DNA from: Desulfatiglandales bacterium
GTDB lineage: Bacteria; Desulfobacterota; DSM-4660; Desulfatiglandales; HGW-15
Assembly: GCA_963667015.2 (NCBI GenBank)
Contig: CAXXJJ010000004.1
Location: forward strand, 2,688,001 to 2,752,000
DNA length: 64,000 bases
Reading direction: 5' to 3'
The notes under the pieces were generated by a model that was given only the letters and a program-made list of their open reading frames with translations, did not search any database and was not told the origin of the DNA. Positions 51,785 to 62,325 of this stretch are shown here, one piece after another. The position numbers and the translations under genes were made by a program. Numbering within the stretch: the stretch's first letter is position 1; each line of letters starts with the position of its first letter.

Positions 51785-52768
51785 ATGAGACTGACAAAAG
51801 ACGGTGAACCTTACGGCCTTATCACCAACATACAGAAATACACAATACACGACGGCCCTGGAATAAGAACAGAAATCTTCTTCAAGGGCTGTCCCCTCAG
51901 ATGTTTGTGGTGCAGCAATCCCGAAGGATTATCCCCGAAACAGCAGATTGGCGTATACCCATCCAAGTGTATCGGCATAAGCAAATGTTCCCTTTGTATC
52001 AAAGAATGTCCTGAAGGGGATAATTCTCCCATAAGGACTCAGGATGATCTGCTTCTTAAGATAGAAGAAATCCCGGAATGCGCGGATTGTTTAAAATGCG
52101 CTGATGAATGCCCCTCAAGGGCAATTATGACATGGGGTGACAAAATGATGGTCCCGGAGCTTATGGAAATAATCCTCCAGGACAGAAGTTTTTATATTAA
52201 AACCGGAGGAGGCGTTACTCTTTCCGGCGGAGAGGTTATGCTTCAATGGGAATTCGCCAGTCTCCTTTTAAAGGAATGTAAAAATTCATCTATACATACA
52301 TGTGTCGAATCTTCACTACAATGTCCTCAGGAACACATGGAAAAGGTATATGAATACACGGACCTTGTCATTACCGATATAAAACATATGGATACAGTGA
52401 AGCACAAAGAATATACCGGGGCGGGCAATGAACAGATCCTTAGCAATATAAAGAGGACGGTTGAGATGGAGAAGCCTCTTGTCATCAGGATACCGATTAT
52501 TCCGGATCATAATAACAGTGAAGAAAACATAAGGGCAACCGCTGAATTTATAAGCAAAGATCTGGGCAATAATATTGTGCAGCTGCAGCTTCTACCATAC
52601 AGGAAAATGGGAACTGAAAAATATGCCTCCCTATCTATCCCCTATTCAATGAAAGATTTCACACCGCCTGAAAGATCGGTCTGGGAAAAGAATCTGCTTG
52701 ATCTCACCGAAATATTGAAGGGATACAACATTCCAGCAGTCGCAGGCTCTACCACAAAGATGGCGTAA
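51785..52768 (+). CDS. Glycyl-radical enzyme activating enzyme
   Basis: HDGPGIRT, CPLRCLWCSNPE, ferredoxin-like insert, GGVTLSGGE. Confidence 0.95.
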   Translation: MRLTKDGEPYGLITNIQKYTIHDGPGIRTEIFFKGCPLRCLWCSNPEGLSPKQQIGVYPSKCIGISKCSLCIKECPEGDNSPIRTQDDLLLKIEEIPECADCLKCADECPSRAIMTWGDKMMVPELMEIILQDRSFYIKTGGGVTLSGGEVMLQWEFASLLLKECKNSSIHTCVESSLQCPQEHMEKVYEYTDLVITDIKHMDTVKHKEYTGAGNEQILSNIKRTVEMEKPLVIRIPIIPDHNNSEENIRATAEFISKDLGNNIVQLQLLPYRKMGTEKYASLSIPYSMKDFTPPERSVWEKNLLDLTEILKGYNIPAVAGSTTKMA

Positions 52769-52900
52769 AGACGCCCACAACATGATCGTCTCTAGGGCAT
52801 TAACCTGATGATTACCTCCCAATAGCTCGATTTGATCCTACTTCTTTTGGTATAATATTTGCAATGATTAAGCGAATTAGAAGCCAGGGAGGAGATCCAA

Positions 52901-53233
52901 ATGATTGAAATACAGCTCAGATTTAAAAATAGCGTTCTTAAGACCATTGAAACAGACAGGGATGAAATCACTATTGGCAGGAAAAGAAATAATACTATTG
53001 AAATCGATAACCTGCAGGTCTCCAATAAACATGCAAGGATTATTAAACATGCGGACACCTATTTTATTGAAGACATAAACAGTACCAACTGTACATTTCT
53101 GAACGATCAAAAGGTAACCAAGGCGCCTCTAAGAGACAAAGATATAATCACTATAGGAAAACATACACTGGTAATCAATTTTATACAGGAAAAACCTGAC
53201 AACGATATGAGCGATCCTACATATGCCGTCTGA
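52901..53233 (+). CDS. FHA domain protein
   Basis: ITIGR, VSNKHA, DINSTNCTFLN, DIITIGK. Confidence 0.9.
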   Translation: MIEIQLRFKNSVLKTIETDRDEITIGRKRNNTIEIDNLQVSNKHARIIKHADTYFIEDINSTNCTFLNDQKVTKAPLRDKDIITIGKHTLVINFIQEKPDNDMSDPTYAV

Positions 53234-53276
53234 ATGATCTTATCCGGTCTGAAACAAACCTCATATCGCTATTATT

Positions 53277-55232
53277 ATGGCTGCAACACCAAAAAAAATA
53301 GGAAAGTACAAGGTAATATCTCAACTTGCGATCGGAGGCATGGGAGAGGTATATAAAGCGGAACATCCTACCCTTGGATCAACAGTCATCATAAAATGTC
53401 TCACAATAAAAAATGATCCGGCCATTGAACAGCGGTTCCGCCGGGAGGCGCGAATTATGATGGAGCTGAAGGACAGGCGCATTGTGCAGGTATATGATCA
53501 TTTTAAGGACCGCTCTTCCTATTGCATTGTAATGGAATATGTTGAGGGTATCGACCTTGATAATTTGATAAAGGAAAAGAGATGCCTGCCAAGGGATATG
53601 GCGCTTTTGATCTTCACCGAGGTGTGCAAAGCCCTGAAATTTGCCCATGAACAAAAAGTTATCCACAGGGATATCAAACCTGCTAATATACTTATATCAA
53701 AATCCGGGGAAGTAAAATTAACCGATTTCGGGGTAGCCGCCACGGTGGAAGAAGATGAAGGTCTGACCAGAACCGGAATGACCCTCGGAACCCCGGCATA
53801 CATGTCACCAGAACAGATATCGGACCCCAGTAAAGTAGATCAGCGGGCGGATATCTATTCTATAGGTGTATTGCTCTATGTAATGTTGACCGGCATCAAA
53901 CCTTACGAGAGTTCTTTTGAACCACATATTCTTGCAAAGATAACCAGGGGCCGTCATATATCTCCTCGAAAAATCAACCCTAAGATATCCCGCCCGGTTC
54001 AGCGCCTTATTAAAAAGACAATGCATCACAAAATGAAAAAGAGATACAGGGGGATAGAATACGTTTTAAAAAAATGCTCCAAACTTCTCAAATCCTATCA
54101 GGACCAGGGGCAGATAAACAATGATATCCGGCTTTTTCTTGAAGGAGAGGAGCCGGTTAACAGCAAAGTATCAAAACAGGGGTGGTTTGGACTGAAGCCG
54201 GCAGTAACCATTATTATTTTTTTTGCCATTGTTGCCGGGGGTTTATTTGCATACAGAAACGGAATGCATTATGAATACTTCTATCCCTCTGATTACGGGG
54301 CACTGACAGTTGAGGCAAAAATAAGAAAAGAGCGAAAGGCGTTTTCAGGGTTAGCCCTCCACGGCACTCTATTTTCTCAAGAGAAAAACAGCTGGAAAGA
54401 GGTTGATGGAATAGATTTCGGTTTTAAGGAAGATATCTCTGTCTCCACAAAAACCTTCTCCAGTCTTCGTTCTCAAAAAAAATATCTCCCTGAAGGAAAT
54501 TACCTGATTCGGCTGGACATAAAAAACGAACAGTACCAGACTCAATTTTATCTGGCACCCAGGTCGATTCAAAAAAATCTACCTACAGAAAAAGATGGTT
54601 ACTGCCTGCACATTGCCATGGAAAAGGATGCCCCAATACTCCCCCTTAAGTTGAAATGTACTGTAAAAAACCTGACAGACGGAAAAGATATCATTGATAA
54701 TGCTTTAATCTACATCTTCCATGAAAACAAATGGATATCCTTGGATAAATTCAAGAATGATGAAAACCTTTTCAGGACCTTTACAAGCGGAAAGGATTAC
54801 AGTTTTCAATTCTCTGAAGACGGCTTTTTCACAAAATATGTGAACACTTCCGTGGACCCCGAACAGACACTGTTGAACCTAGATGTAACCCTTATTCCTC
54901 TGCCGGGAAAGCTCTACATCAGCTCAAAGGCGACAAACCTGATTTTTCTTCTGAATGGGTTACCCTATCACCTTGATGGCGGCAAAAATTCAACATATAA
55001 AAATCTGCCACAGCTTAATGAATCAGGGCAATTGATCTCTCTGCCTGCAGGGGATTATTCTCTGACTGTTAAAGAGGAGATACCCTGGTGGAAACGAATC
55101 TCAATATTTCCTCCGCAACTTCTGCCATTAAGGTGGGATATGAGGAAGATAACGATCCGTCACGGGGAAATATTAAATGTGGTTGCTTACATAAATATTG
55201 CCGATGGTACACTCAGGCTGGAAACACAATAA
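53277..55232 (+). CDS. Hanks-type Ser/Thr protein kinase with TM and extracytoplasmic domain
   Basis: GGMGEVY, HRDIKPANIL, DFG, GTPAYMSPEQ, central TM. Confidence 0.93.
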   Translation: MAATPKKIGKYKVISQLAIGGMGEVYKAEHPTLGSTVIIKCLTIKNDPAIEQRFRREARIMMELKDRRIVQVYDHFKDRSSYCIVMEYVEGIDLDNLIKEKRCLPRDMALLIFTEVCKALKFAHEQKVIHRDIKPANILISKSGEVKLTDFGVAATVEEDEGLTRTGMTLGTPAYMSPEQISDPSKVDQRADIYSIGVLLYVMLTGIKPYESSFEPHILAKITRGRHISPRKINPKISRPVQRLIKKTMHHKMKKRYRGIEYVLKKCSKLLKSYQDQGQINNDIRLFLEGEEPVNSKVSKQGWFGLKPAVTIIIFFAIVAGGLFAYRNGMHYEYFYPSDYGALTVEAKIRKERKAFSGLALHGTLFSQEKNSWKEVDGIDFGFKEDISVSTKTFSSLRSQKKYLPEGNYLIRLDIKNEQYQTQFYLAPRSIQKNLPTEKDGYCLHIAMEKDAPILPLKLKCTVKNLTDGKDIIDNALIYIFHENKWISLDKFKNDENLFRTFTSGKDYSFQFSEDGFFTKYVNTSVDPEQTLLNLDVTLIPLPGKLYISSKATNLIFLLNGLPYHLDGGKNSTYKNLPQLNESGQLISLPAGDYSLTVKEEIPWWKRISIFPPQLLPLRWDMRKITIRHGEILNVVAYINIADGTLRLETQ

Positions 55233-55276
55233 ATAATTATTTAAATTAGAAAACCTTAATATTTCTCACGTAAAAA

Positions 55277-57820
55277 TCAGTCAAATGACAATTCAGTCCT
55301 GCTTATAAGATCGCTCTGGAGTTCCTCGCTCAATTCAACAAAGTAGGCACTGTAGCCGGCAATTCGAACAAGAAGGTCTTTGTATGCATCAGGCTTTTTC
55401 TGGGCATCAATCAAAACGTCCTTGCCTATAATATTGAACTGGCTTTGCATGCCATTGCAGTCAAAATACACATCCATCAGGGATATAAGATTATCCCTCC
55501 CGGTTTCACCGGAAACCGCTCCCGGGCTGAATTTCCAGTTAAGAATGATACCGTTCCCTATACGGCTGTGGTCCAGCTTAGCCACTGACTTGGCAATTGC
55601 CGTTGGGCCCTTTCTGTCATGAGATGCTATTTCTGTATGCACCGGTCCGATACAGTCTGACAAGGGGCCATAGGCCTTTCTGCCATCAGGGGTAGCCGCG
55701 GTGTAAAACCCTGCCATAACATTCTGTGAAACAGAGAATACCCCCGGCATATATTCACCCCCATGCGGGGTCGGCCGGTGTTCGACATGCCTGCAGTATG
55801 TAGCTGCCACAAATTTTGCTACATCATCGGCATAGTCATCATCATTGCCGTAACAGTGCATCCTGTCACTGTTGACCATGGCATACAAGGTTTCGTATCC
55901 CTCCCAGTTAGCCTTTAAAGCATCAAGAAATGCCTTGCCGTCTGTCTTTTTTTCATCAAACACCAGCTGCTTTATTGCCGTCAGGCTGTCAGCCACGGTT
56001 CCTATTCCAACACCCTGGGGGCCGCTGTGGTTGTATACTGCACCACCCGCAGACACATCAACTCCCTTGCCAATACAGTCATCAATCAAAAGAGAAAGAT
56101 AGGGAAGAGGTTTAAGCCGCTGATGTGCCATGTCCACCTTGTTTATCTGGCTGATCATAATATCACACCAGTATTCCATCTGTTTATCAAAGGATTCCAT
56201 GACTTCGTCGAAGGACTTAAAGGTTTCGAGGCTTCCTGTATCAATACCCAGCCTTCCTCCTGCACCTGCACATTTTTCATACCTGGGGCACTGGGGACTG
56301 CAGTCTATACAACGCCCTCCGTTTATGGCAAGCTGCATTACCTTTGCTATATTAAATGAACTTGAATCATGCCAGCCGTATGTTTTTCCCGGAACACAGG
56401 GTTCAACACAGCCTATCCCGACATAATTTCTTGCATCTTCTATGGGCTTGTCATAGTTGAGCAGTGCCTTGATCATTTCGGAATCATTAAATATCTTGGG
56501 TTCTCCTGTACCGATCCGGATTACATTAAATGTCTTTATCTTGAATTCCCTGGGGGCATCTTTATGGAGCCGTACACCCATCCATGGATTAGGAATTCTT
56601 GTGTGCGCATGTGCATCCAGAACCATATAGCTGAGATCATTTGTTGCGTCATTTCCCTCTTTGTCCACACCGCCCACATCCAGGGCCGTACCGCCCATTA
56701 TGGTACCGCTGGAAAATATAATTGCCTTCTTATCGCGGATCTTGCACAGTTCATGTATCTTGAGGAATGACATTTCAATCAGTTCCTGGATAAATTCCCT
56801 TTTAAAGGTCCCCTGAGCCATGTCATGCCTGTAAAAGGGATAAAACAACTGATCGAAACGGCCGTATGTAACAGAATGCCCGTTTGTCTCAATAATTATC
56901 ATATTGGTAGCAATATGCCAGAGCTGTATTGCCTCCCAGAAATCCCTCGGAACACCTTCCGCGACCTGGAAGCAGTTTGAGGAAATACGTTGGAGTTCGG
57001 CTTTCCGGCGCTCGTCAGTCTCTTCTTCTGCCATGTCAGCGGCAAGCTGTGCATAACGCTTTATATAGGTAACAGCGCCTTCAAGGGATATAAGCGCGGC
57101 ATCGTAAAATTCTTTTCTGGTGATATCCGAAGGATTTGAGGTATTAAGCCCTGCTCTTTTTTCAAGTATCTGCTCTCTGATGCCGCCAAATCCAAGAGAT
57201 AAAAGCTTTTCATAATTTGCACATACATGGCCCACGCCGGCTGAAGCGAACAGCCCGAAAAAGTTGACACCCTTTTCCAGATGTGATCCTTTTCGTTCTT
57301 CCTCAGTCAAAGTACTGAGGATATGCTCTTCAAGGGTATTCCCTTTCCAGTACTTCTGTATATCAAAAAGAGCCTTCTTTGTATCTTCGTCGATCACATA
57401 ACGGTCATTTCTCCGAAGTTCAAGTGGAGAGTTGGTCATTTCATCACAAAGCCAGTCAATTGAAAATTCAGGATATACAGGAGCACTTTTGGCAGGGGCG
57501 GCTAATTCGCCGACAATAAGTTCATCAGGCCATATGTTTATTTTAACCTGCTGCAGAACATCCCGGTATGTCATTGCACATTTGAGTATCTGGGGATAGG
57601 CGCTGTATTTCTTAAAATATCCTTCGGTATAGATTACGGCACGCTGAGAATCTGCAGTGAAATCTCTTTCCTTAAGCCATTTAAGAATATTATTTATTCT
57701 TGGAAACGGCGACGGATTTTCTTCTATTGCAGAGACACCCACCCCCCATTCCTTATCATAGGGTTCTATGGCTAAAGGATCAGTGGCTTTTGTATTAATA
57801 TTTTCATTTACAGCTACCAT
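55277..57820 (-). CDS. Glycyl radical enzyme (non-PFL, eliminase-like), copy 2
   Basis: IGCVEP, RIAGYSAYF, GVGH, NGHSVTYGR, GWHDS. Confidence 0.92.
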   Translation of the reverse strand: MVAVNENINTKATDPLAIEPYDKEWGVGVSAIEENPSPFPRINNILKWLKERDFTADSQRAVIYTEGYFKKYSAYPQILKCAMTYRDVLQQVKINIWPDELIVGELAAPAKSAPVYPEFSIDWLCDEMTNSPLELRRNDRYVIDEDTKKALFDIQKYWKGNTLEEHILSTLTEEERKGSHLEKGVNFFGLFASAGVGHVCANYEKLLSLGFGGIREQILEKRAGLNTSNPSDITRKEFYDAALISLEGAVTYIKRYAQLAADMAEEETDERRKAELQRISSNCFQVAEGVPRDFWEAIQLWHIATNMIIIETNGHSVTYGRFDQLFYPFYRHDMAQGTFKREFIQELIEMSFLKIHELCKIRDKKAIIFSSGTIMGGTALDVGGVDKEGNDATNDLSYMVLDAHAHTRIPNPWMGVRLHKDAPREFKIKTFNVIRIGTGEPKIFNDSEMIKALLNYDKPIEDARNYVGIGCVEPCVPGKTYGWHDSSSFNIAKVMQLAINGGRCIDCSPQCPRYEKCAGAGGRLGIDTGSLETFKSFDEVMESFDKQMEYWCDIMISQINKVDMAHQRLKPLPYLSLLIDDCIGKGVDVSAGGAVYNHSGPQGVGIGTVADSLTAIKQLVFDEKKTDGKAFLDALKANWEGYETLYAMVNSDRMHCYGNDDDYADDVAKFVAATYCRHVEHRPTPHGGEYMPGVFSVSQNVMAGFYTAATPDGRKAYGPLSDCIGPVHTEIASHDRKGPTAIAKSVAKLDHSRIGNGIILNWKFSPGAVSGETGRDNLISLMDVYFDCNGMQSQFNIIGKDVLIDAQKKPDAYKDLLVRIAGYSAYFVELSEELQSDLISRTELSFD

Positions 57821-57956
57821 AATGAATACCTCGTAAAAAATTTACCGGCTTCTTTAACATACTATCGGAAAAAACAAAACTTATATGCAATATATATTTC
57901 TAAGATCAAAATATATGAATCGTAACCATGTATGTCAATAAAAATACCTGATTTAA

Positions 57957-58586
57957 CTACAAATAGGGATTTGTCATCTTCTCTCGCCCAATTGTTGATG
58001 AGGGACTGACTCCGTAATCATGCCCTGGCCAGACAACTGTCTCATCAGGAAGAGTCAGAATCTTTTTACTAATTGACTCCATATAAACTTCATAGTCTCC
58101 GCCCGGAAGATCATCCCTTCCTATTGCCCCTACAAACAGTGTATCACCTGTAAAGAGGCTTCCTTCTCCGTAAAGGCATATACCTCCCCGGCTGTGCCCC
58201 GGGGTATGAATAACCTTTAATTTAACATCACCTATTACGATTTCATCATTATCCTTCACATGAAGGTCTGCATCGGGTGAAGGAGCAAAACCCATCTGGG
58301 CAGCATGAGCGCGGCCTTCAGGGGAATTAAAAAGTTTATCATCCTCTTCGTGCATTATTATCTTTGCCCCTGTAAGTTCCTTTACTCGGGCATTTCCGCC
58401 GACATGATCCGCATGACCGTGTGTATTTACAATATACTTAAGGGTAAGCCCTTTTTGCTTTATCCTGTTGACCACATAGTCTTCATCCCCTGCAGGATCA
58501 ATAACAAGGGCTTCTTTTGTGTTGGGGCATGAGATTATGTAGCAAAACACATCCATGAATCCTACTTTTATCTGTTCTATATCCAT
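57957..58586 (-). CDS. MBL-fold metallo-hydrolase (glyoxalase II-like)
   Basis: THGHADH, TPGHS, FTGDTLF, PGH. Confidence 0.9.
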   Translation of the reverse strand: MDIEQIKVGFMDVFCYIISCPNTKEALVIDPAGDEDYVVNRIKQKGLTLKYIVNTHGHADHVGGNARVKELTGAKIIMHEEDDKLFNSPEGRAHAAQMGFAPSPDADLHVKDNDEIVIGDVKLKVIHTPGHSRGGICLYGEGSLFTGDTLFVGAIGRDDLPGGDYEVYMESISKKILTLPDETVVWPGHDYGVSPSSTIGREKMTNPYL

Positions 58587-58597
58587 TTGGTTCTCCT

Positions 58598-59098
58598 TTA
58601 TACCGGCGGCAATTTGTCTATAAGAGAAAAAATCTCCTCTTCCGAATCTTTTAAATCAGGAGAAATATCCTCTCTTTTTATTTTAATAAATTCTCCCCTG
58701 CTCTTTGCAAACAGAGTATTTCGGTTATCCCTGAGTTCGCCTTTAACAGTAATTATCTTCTCGCCCTCTATACAGGAAATAATACTGCCGCTGGCCACAA
58801 GCGGGACTCCGGTCTGAACCGGTCTGATATATTTTAGCTCCATTTTTCTCGTAACAAAAAATATTCTTTTAAAATAGAGGATTGTCCAGGACATAACTTC
58901 ATCAAGAATGGTTGAGATAATTCCCCCGTGAGTAATGTCCGCCCATCCTGCATGATATTTACCTGGGGTAATTTCAGAACAGATCTTGTCACCTGTTGCG
59001 TAGAATTCAAGATTCAGGCCTATAGGATTGGCAGTACCGCAGGCAAAACAATGATACCCTTCCGGTTTTTTGATCTTTATCTTTTGATTATCTGCCAT
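58598..59098 (-). CDS. PaaI-family thioesterase
   Basis: CFACGTANPIGL, HGGIISTILDEVM. Confidence 0.88.
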   Translation of the reverse strand: MADNQKIKIKKPEGYHCFACGTANPIGLNLEFYATGDKICSEITPGKYHAGWADITHGGIISTILDEVMSWTILYFKRIFFVTRKMELKYIRPVQTGVPLVASGSIISCIEGEKIITVKGELRDNRNTLFAKSRGEFIKIKREDISPDLKDSEEEIFSLIDKLPPV

Positions 59099-59933
59099 GC
59101 ACTTTTCTCTCAATCAGCATCGTGTACCATGTCATCTCATATTCCCATTCTTTCACAATATTCATTCCATTCTTTCTTATTAACTCTCTCAGGTCTCCTG
59201 CCTGGCTGCGCATCAGTCCTGAAAAAATATAGTAATCCTTATCAAGAAAGCCTTGGTCAGCAAACATCGTTTTAATTACCTCAAAATGGATATTTGCAAT
59301 TAAAAGATCAGCCTTGTTGCATGCATAATCTTCAGCCTTCCCCTCAAATACACTTATTTTTTTGTCAAAATTATTTATAAGCACATTATTAGCTGCAGTC
59401 TTTACGGCAAGTGGATTAAGGTCGATAGCAGTAACTTCTGAAGCTCCAAGGTATATCGATGCTATAGCGAGTATCCCGGTACCGGTCCCTATATCTATTA
59501 CTTTATTAAACGAATGATGTTTTCTCAGGTATGAAACAGCGCGAATGCAGTCTTTTGTGGTAGGATGCAACCCGTTCCCAAAAACAACACCCGGATCAAG
59601 AATAATTTTAAACCTTGCGCTGCCAATATCAACTTCCTCCCAGGGAGGAACTATTATAAAATCCTCTATAAGCTTTTTTTCAAATCCGCCGCCCTGCCAT
59701 TCTTCATAGGAAAAACTGTACTTATCAAGTATTTTAAGTTGAGGCTGCTGAGATATAATTTCTTCCAAATCATTTTCCGGATCTTCAGTAAAAAAAAGGA
59801 AGGAAAATCTATCTTCAACCCAGTTGCCGATATAATTCCTTCCCAGGATTTTTTCATATTCATGGCAGAAGACACCATCAATATGATAAATAATAAGATT
59901 TTTATAGGGGCAGCCAACTGTTTTTGATTCCAA
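59088..59933 (-). CDS. prmA: Ribosomal protein L11 methyltransferase-like protein
   Basis: LDPGVVFGNGLHPTT, DIGTGTGILAI, IANI, FSG. Confidence 0.75.
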   Translation of the reverse strand: MESKTVGCPYKNLIIYHIDGVFCHEYEKILGRNYIGNWVEDRFSFLFFTEDPENDLEEIISQQPQLKILDKYSFSYEEWQGGGFEKKLIEDFIIVPPWEEVDIGSARFKIILDPGVVFGNGLHPTTKDCIRAVSYLRKHHSFNKVIDIGTGTGILAIASIYLGASEVTAIDLNPLAVKTAANNVLINNFDKKISVFEGKAEDYACNKADLLIANIHFEVIKTMFADQGFLDKDYYIFSGLMRSQAGDLRELIRKNGMNIVKEWEYEMTWYTMLIERKVHGR

Positions 59934-59953
59934 TGGATATCCCCCCTGAAAAC

Positions 59954-60880
59954 CTAAAAACTGAAATCGTATTCTCTTCCATTTTTTTGCGATCTCATTA
60001 TCATCACCTTACAGAGATCATACATAACCTTAAAAGGCTGGATATCAGTAATGCTATATACAAAGCGTGCATTATCCATTGCGATGGATTCCGTATCCTC
60101 ATCTTTTTCAAGCCTGTCTAACGTATCATTATGATAAATTTTGGTAGCATCAATTGCCTTTTGAAGGTGCTTTCTCACATCTCCTTCAATAATACAATTG
60201 TGACTGAGAACTGCACGTTTTGCAGGAATTTCTGCCATCTTTTTTATGCTGTTACAGTATGCATCAAGAGAAACAAAATAATTGGGCCAGAAGGCATCCT
60301 TTTCTGGTACATAAAACCCGGTTGAATCTCCAACAATGAGTGTCCCTTCATTTTTTTCAAAAAGAGAAATATGGCAATATGAATGCCCTGTTGTTTCATA
60401 AACATCCCACATAACACCGTTTCCCAGGTCAATAGTATCGCCTTCCTTGACCGTTTCATCCAGTTGAAAGGTATAGTCATCCAGGGCCGGCGGAAGGTCA
60501 TCAATATCACCCTTTGCCCTCATAAGCTGGGCTATTCCTGTATCAACAAGTAAAAACTCCCAGAATAACTCTGTTTTGCTGAATACTTTTTCGGCATTGG
60601 GACTGGCCAGAAGTTTTACATGGGGCCATTCCTTTTTGAAAAAAGGAATTCCGCCAATATGATCTGCATGGGTATGTGTTAACACAATATATTTAATAGC
60701 TTCAGCAGGGTCGATGCCAAGGGATTTTATCTGATCAACGATTATCCGGAATGTTGGACCGGTTCCACCCTCGATAAGCATACCAATCTCACCCATTGAA
60801 AGAAAAGCAGGAAAGGCCGGGGTTCCCAGTTGATAAAAATTTTCAGCAACCTCTATTGGGGGATGTTGTTTAATATTCAT
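59954..60880 (-). CDS. MBL-fold metallo-hydrolase
   Basis: THTHADHIGG, TTGHS, VGD, LSH. Confidence 0.88.
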   Translation of the reverse strand: MNIKQHPPIEVAENFYQLGTPAFPAFLSMGEIGMLIEGGTGPTFRIIVDQIKSLGIDPAEAIKYIVLTHTHADHIGGIPFFKKEWPHVKLLASPNAEKVFSKTELFWEFLLVDTGIAQLMRAKGDIDDLPPALDDYTFQLDETVKEGDTIDLGNGVMWDVYETTGHSYCHISLFEKNEGTLIVGDSTGFYVPEKDAFWPNYFVSLDAYCNSIKKMAEIPAKRAVLSHNCIIEGDVRKHLQKAIDATKIYHNDTLDRLEKDEDTESIAMDNARFVYSITDIQPFKVMYDLCKVMIMRSQKNGREYDFSF

Positions 60881-60947
60881 CTAATGTAAATCCTCCTTAT
60901 TTTATATATAAGACAAAAAATATAAATTTATAATTATCGGTATATAA

Positions 60948-60983
60948 CAAAAAAAACGCCTGAGCGTGTGCTCGGCGTTTTTT
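60948..60983. terminator. Bidirectional hairpin (terminator or operator)
   Basis: aaaaaacgcc-t-gagc-gtgt-gctc-ggcgtttttt. Confidence 0.5.
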
Positions 60984-61418
60984 GACCTGTTGATTCACAC
61001 ACACTATTTTTTACAGGTCCACCTCTTAAAAAAGTAAAACCTTAAAAATATTTTAATAGCTTGATTTTCCATCATTTTTATCCTCGCGCGCAAATTTTAC
61101 ATTTCATGCATTCTTTGTCAACATAAAAAAATCTATGAAGTACAAAGGAACTTTTGAAATCCCTAAAAAGATTAAAGGTGCGCACTTTATTATCCGAACT
61201 ATTAAGTGTAGATACTCTGAAATTATTTTCGTTTATCAAAAATACCGGATTAAAGAAAATATTAATAATTAAACTAACAATATTACATAGACCCGGTGTT
61301 GACACAAAATCTAGAAGCACATATAGTCAACGTCTTAAAAAGGTAATTATTTAAAACCATTTCTTATTAAATTTCTAATAATCAAAAGACCGCTAATACT
61401 TATAAGAAAATTAAATTT

Positions 61419-62102
61419 ATGGCAAAATTAAAATCACGCAGAAAAGCTATTGGATTAATTGCCCTTTCTCCTCTTATCTTCACTCAATGTACAGGCTTTA
61501 GACTTAACCATTCTAAAGATTCTTCTTTCAAAATATTAAGCGTACCGGCTGTTCACAGGTTTGATACAAATGCATGCCTTCCATATGCTATTAAAGGGAT
61601 ATGTGAATATTATAACCTGGATAAAAGCTTAAGAGATATTAACAGGGGACTTAATAGAACTTATGGAGAAGTTTCTTATGTACTGGATGGCATCAGGCTG
61701 CTTTCAGAATTTCAACTGAATGTTGATTTTTACTATTACCAGAATCAATGGGTTGGGTCACATAATAAATATAAAAGTATAGAAGGAATCACAAAAAGCC
61801 AGATTCCAGCAAATGTAAGGCCATATAATGAAAACTTATCACTTGAAAGAATAACCTCTGAGATTGATAAGGGGAATCCTTCTATTATTTTTGTTGATGG
61901 TTATGCCATGAAAAATAAACCTAAAAAGGGCATCTATTTGGGGCATTATGTAACAGTAATAGGTTATGATAGTAGCAATATATATTTAAATGATACCTTA
62001 AAATTTTCAACAAGAAGAAAAATAGAATATCACCTGTTTCAAAAAGCAAGACTGAATATACCCTGGCAATACGGAATGATCTTATCTAAAAAAAACATCT
62101 AG
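61419..62102 (+). CDS. Papain-like cysteine peptidase (C39-like), possible Tat lipoprotein
   Basis: SRRKAI..FTQC signal; NAC, GHYVTVIGYD and YLND give a Cys/His/Asp triad. Confidence 0.7.
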   Translation: MAKLKSRRKAIGLIALSPLIFTQCTGFRLNHSKDSSFKILSVPAVHRFDTNACLPYAIKGICEYYNLDKSLRDINRGLNRTYGEVSYVLDGIRLLSEFQLNVDFYYYQNQWVGSHNKYKSIEGITKSQIPANVRPYNENLSLERITSEIDKGNPSIIFVDGYAMKNKPKKGIYLGHYVTVIGYDSSNIYLNDTLKFSTRRKIEYHLFQKARLNIPWQYGMILSKKNI

Positions 62103-62108
62103 AATTAC

Positions 62109-62139
62109 AAAAAAAAACCCCTCGAAATTAATCGAGGGG
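62109..62139 (-). terminator. rRNA operon terminator
   Basis: cccctcga / tcgagggg hairpin with a long minus-strand T-run. Confidence 0.75.
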
Positions 62140-62151
62140 CTTTAAAAAAAG

Positions 62152-62269
62152 TTCCGGCAACGTCCTACTCTCCCACACAGACTCCCATGCAGTACCATCG
62201 GCGCTAAAGAGCTTAACTTCCGTGTTCGGTATGGGAACGGGTGTGACCTCTTTGCCATAATCACCGGAA
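62152..62269 (-). rRNA. rrf: 5S rRNA
   Basis: Minus strand TCCGGTG..CACCCGTTCCCATACCGAACACGGAAGTTAAG..GAGAGTAGGACGTTGCCGGA. Confidence 0.95.
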
Positions 62270-62325
62270 ACATATAAAATATATAACCGAAAATACCGAG
62301 TAAAATAATATAAATAAGGTTTAAA

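Noticed and set aside
49204..57820. Calling the GREs pflB, cutC or bssA
   Set aside because: No Cys-Cys pair as in PFL, no microcompartment genes and no small bss subunits; substrate cannot be assigned by eye
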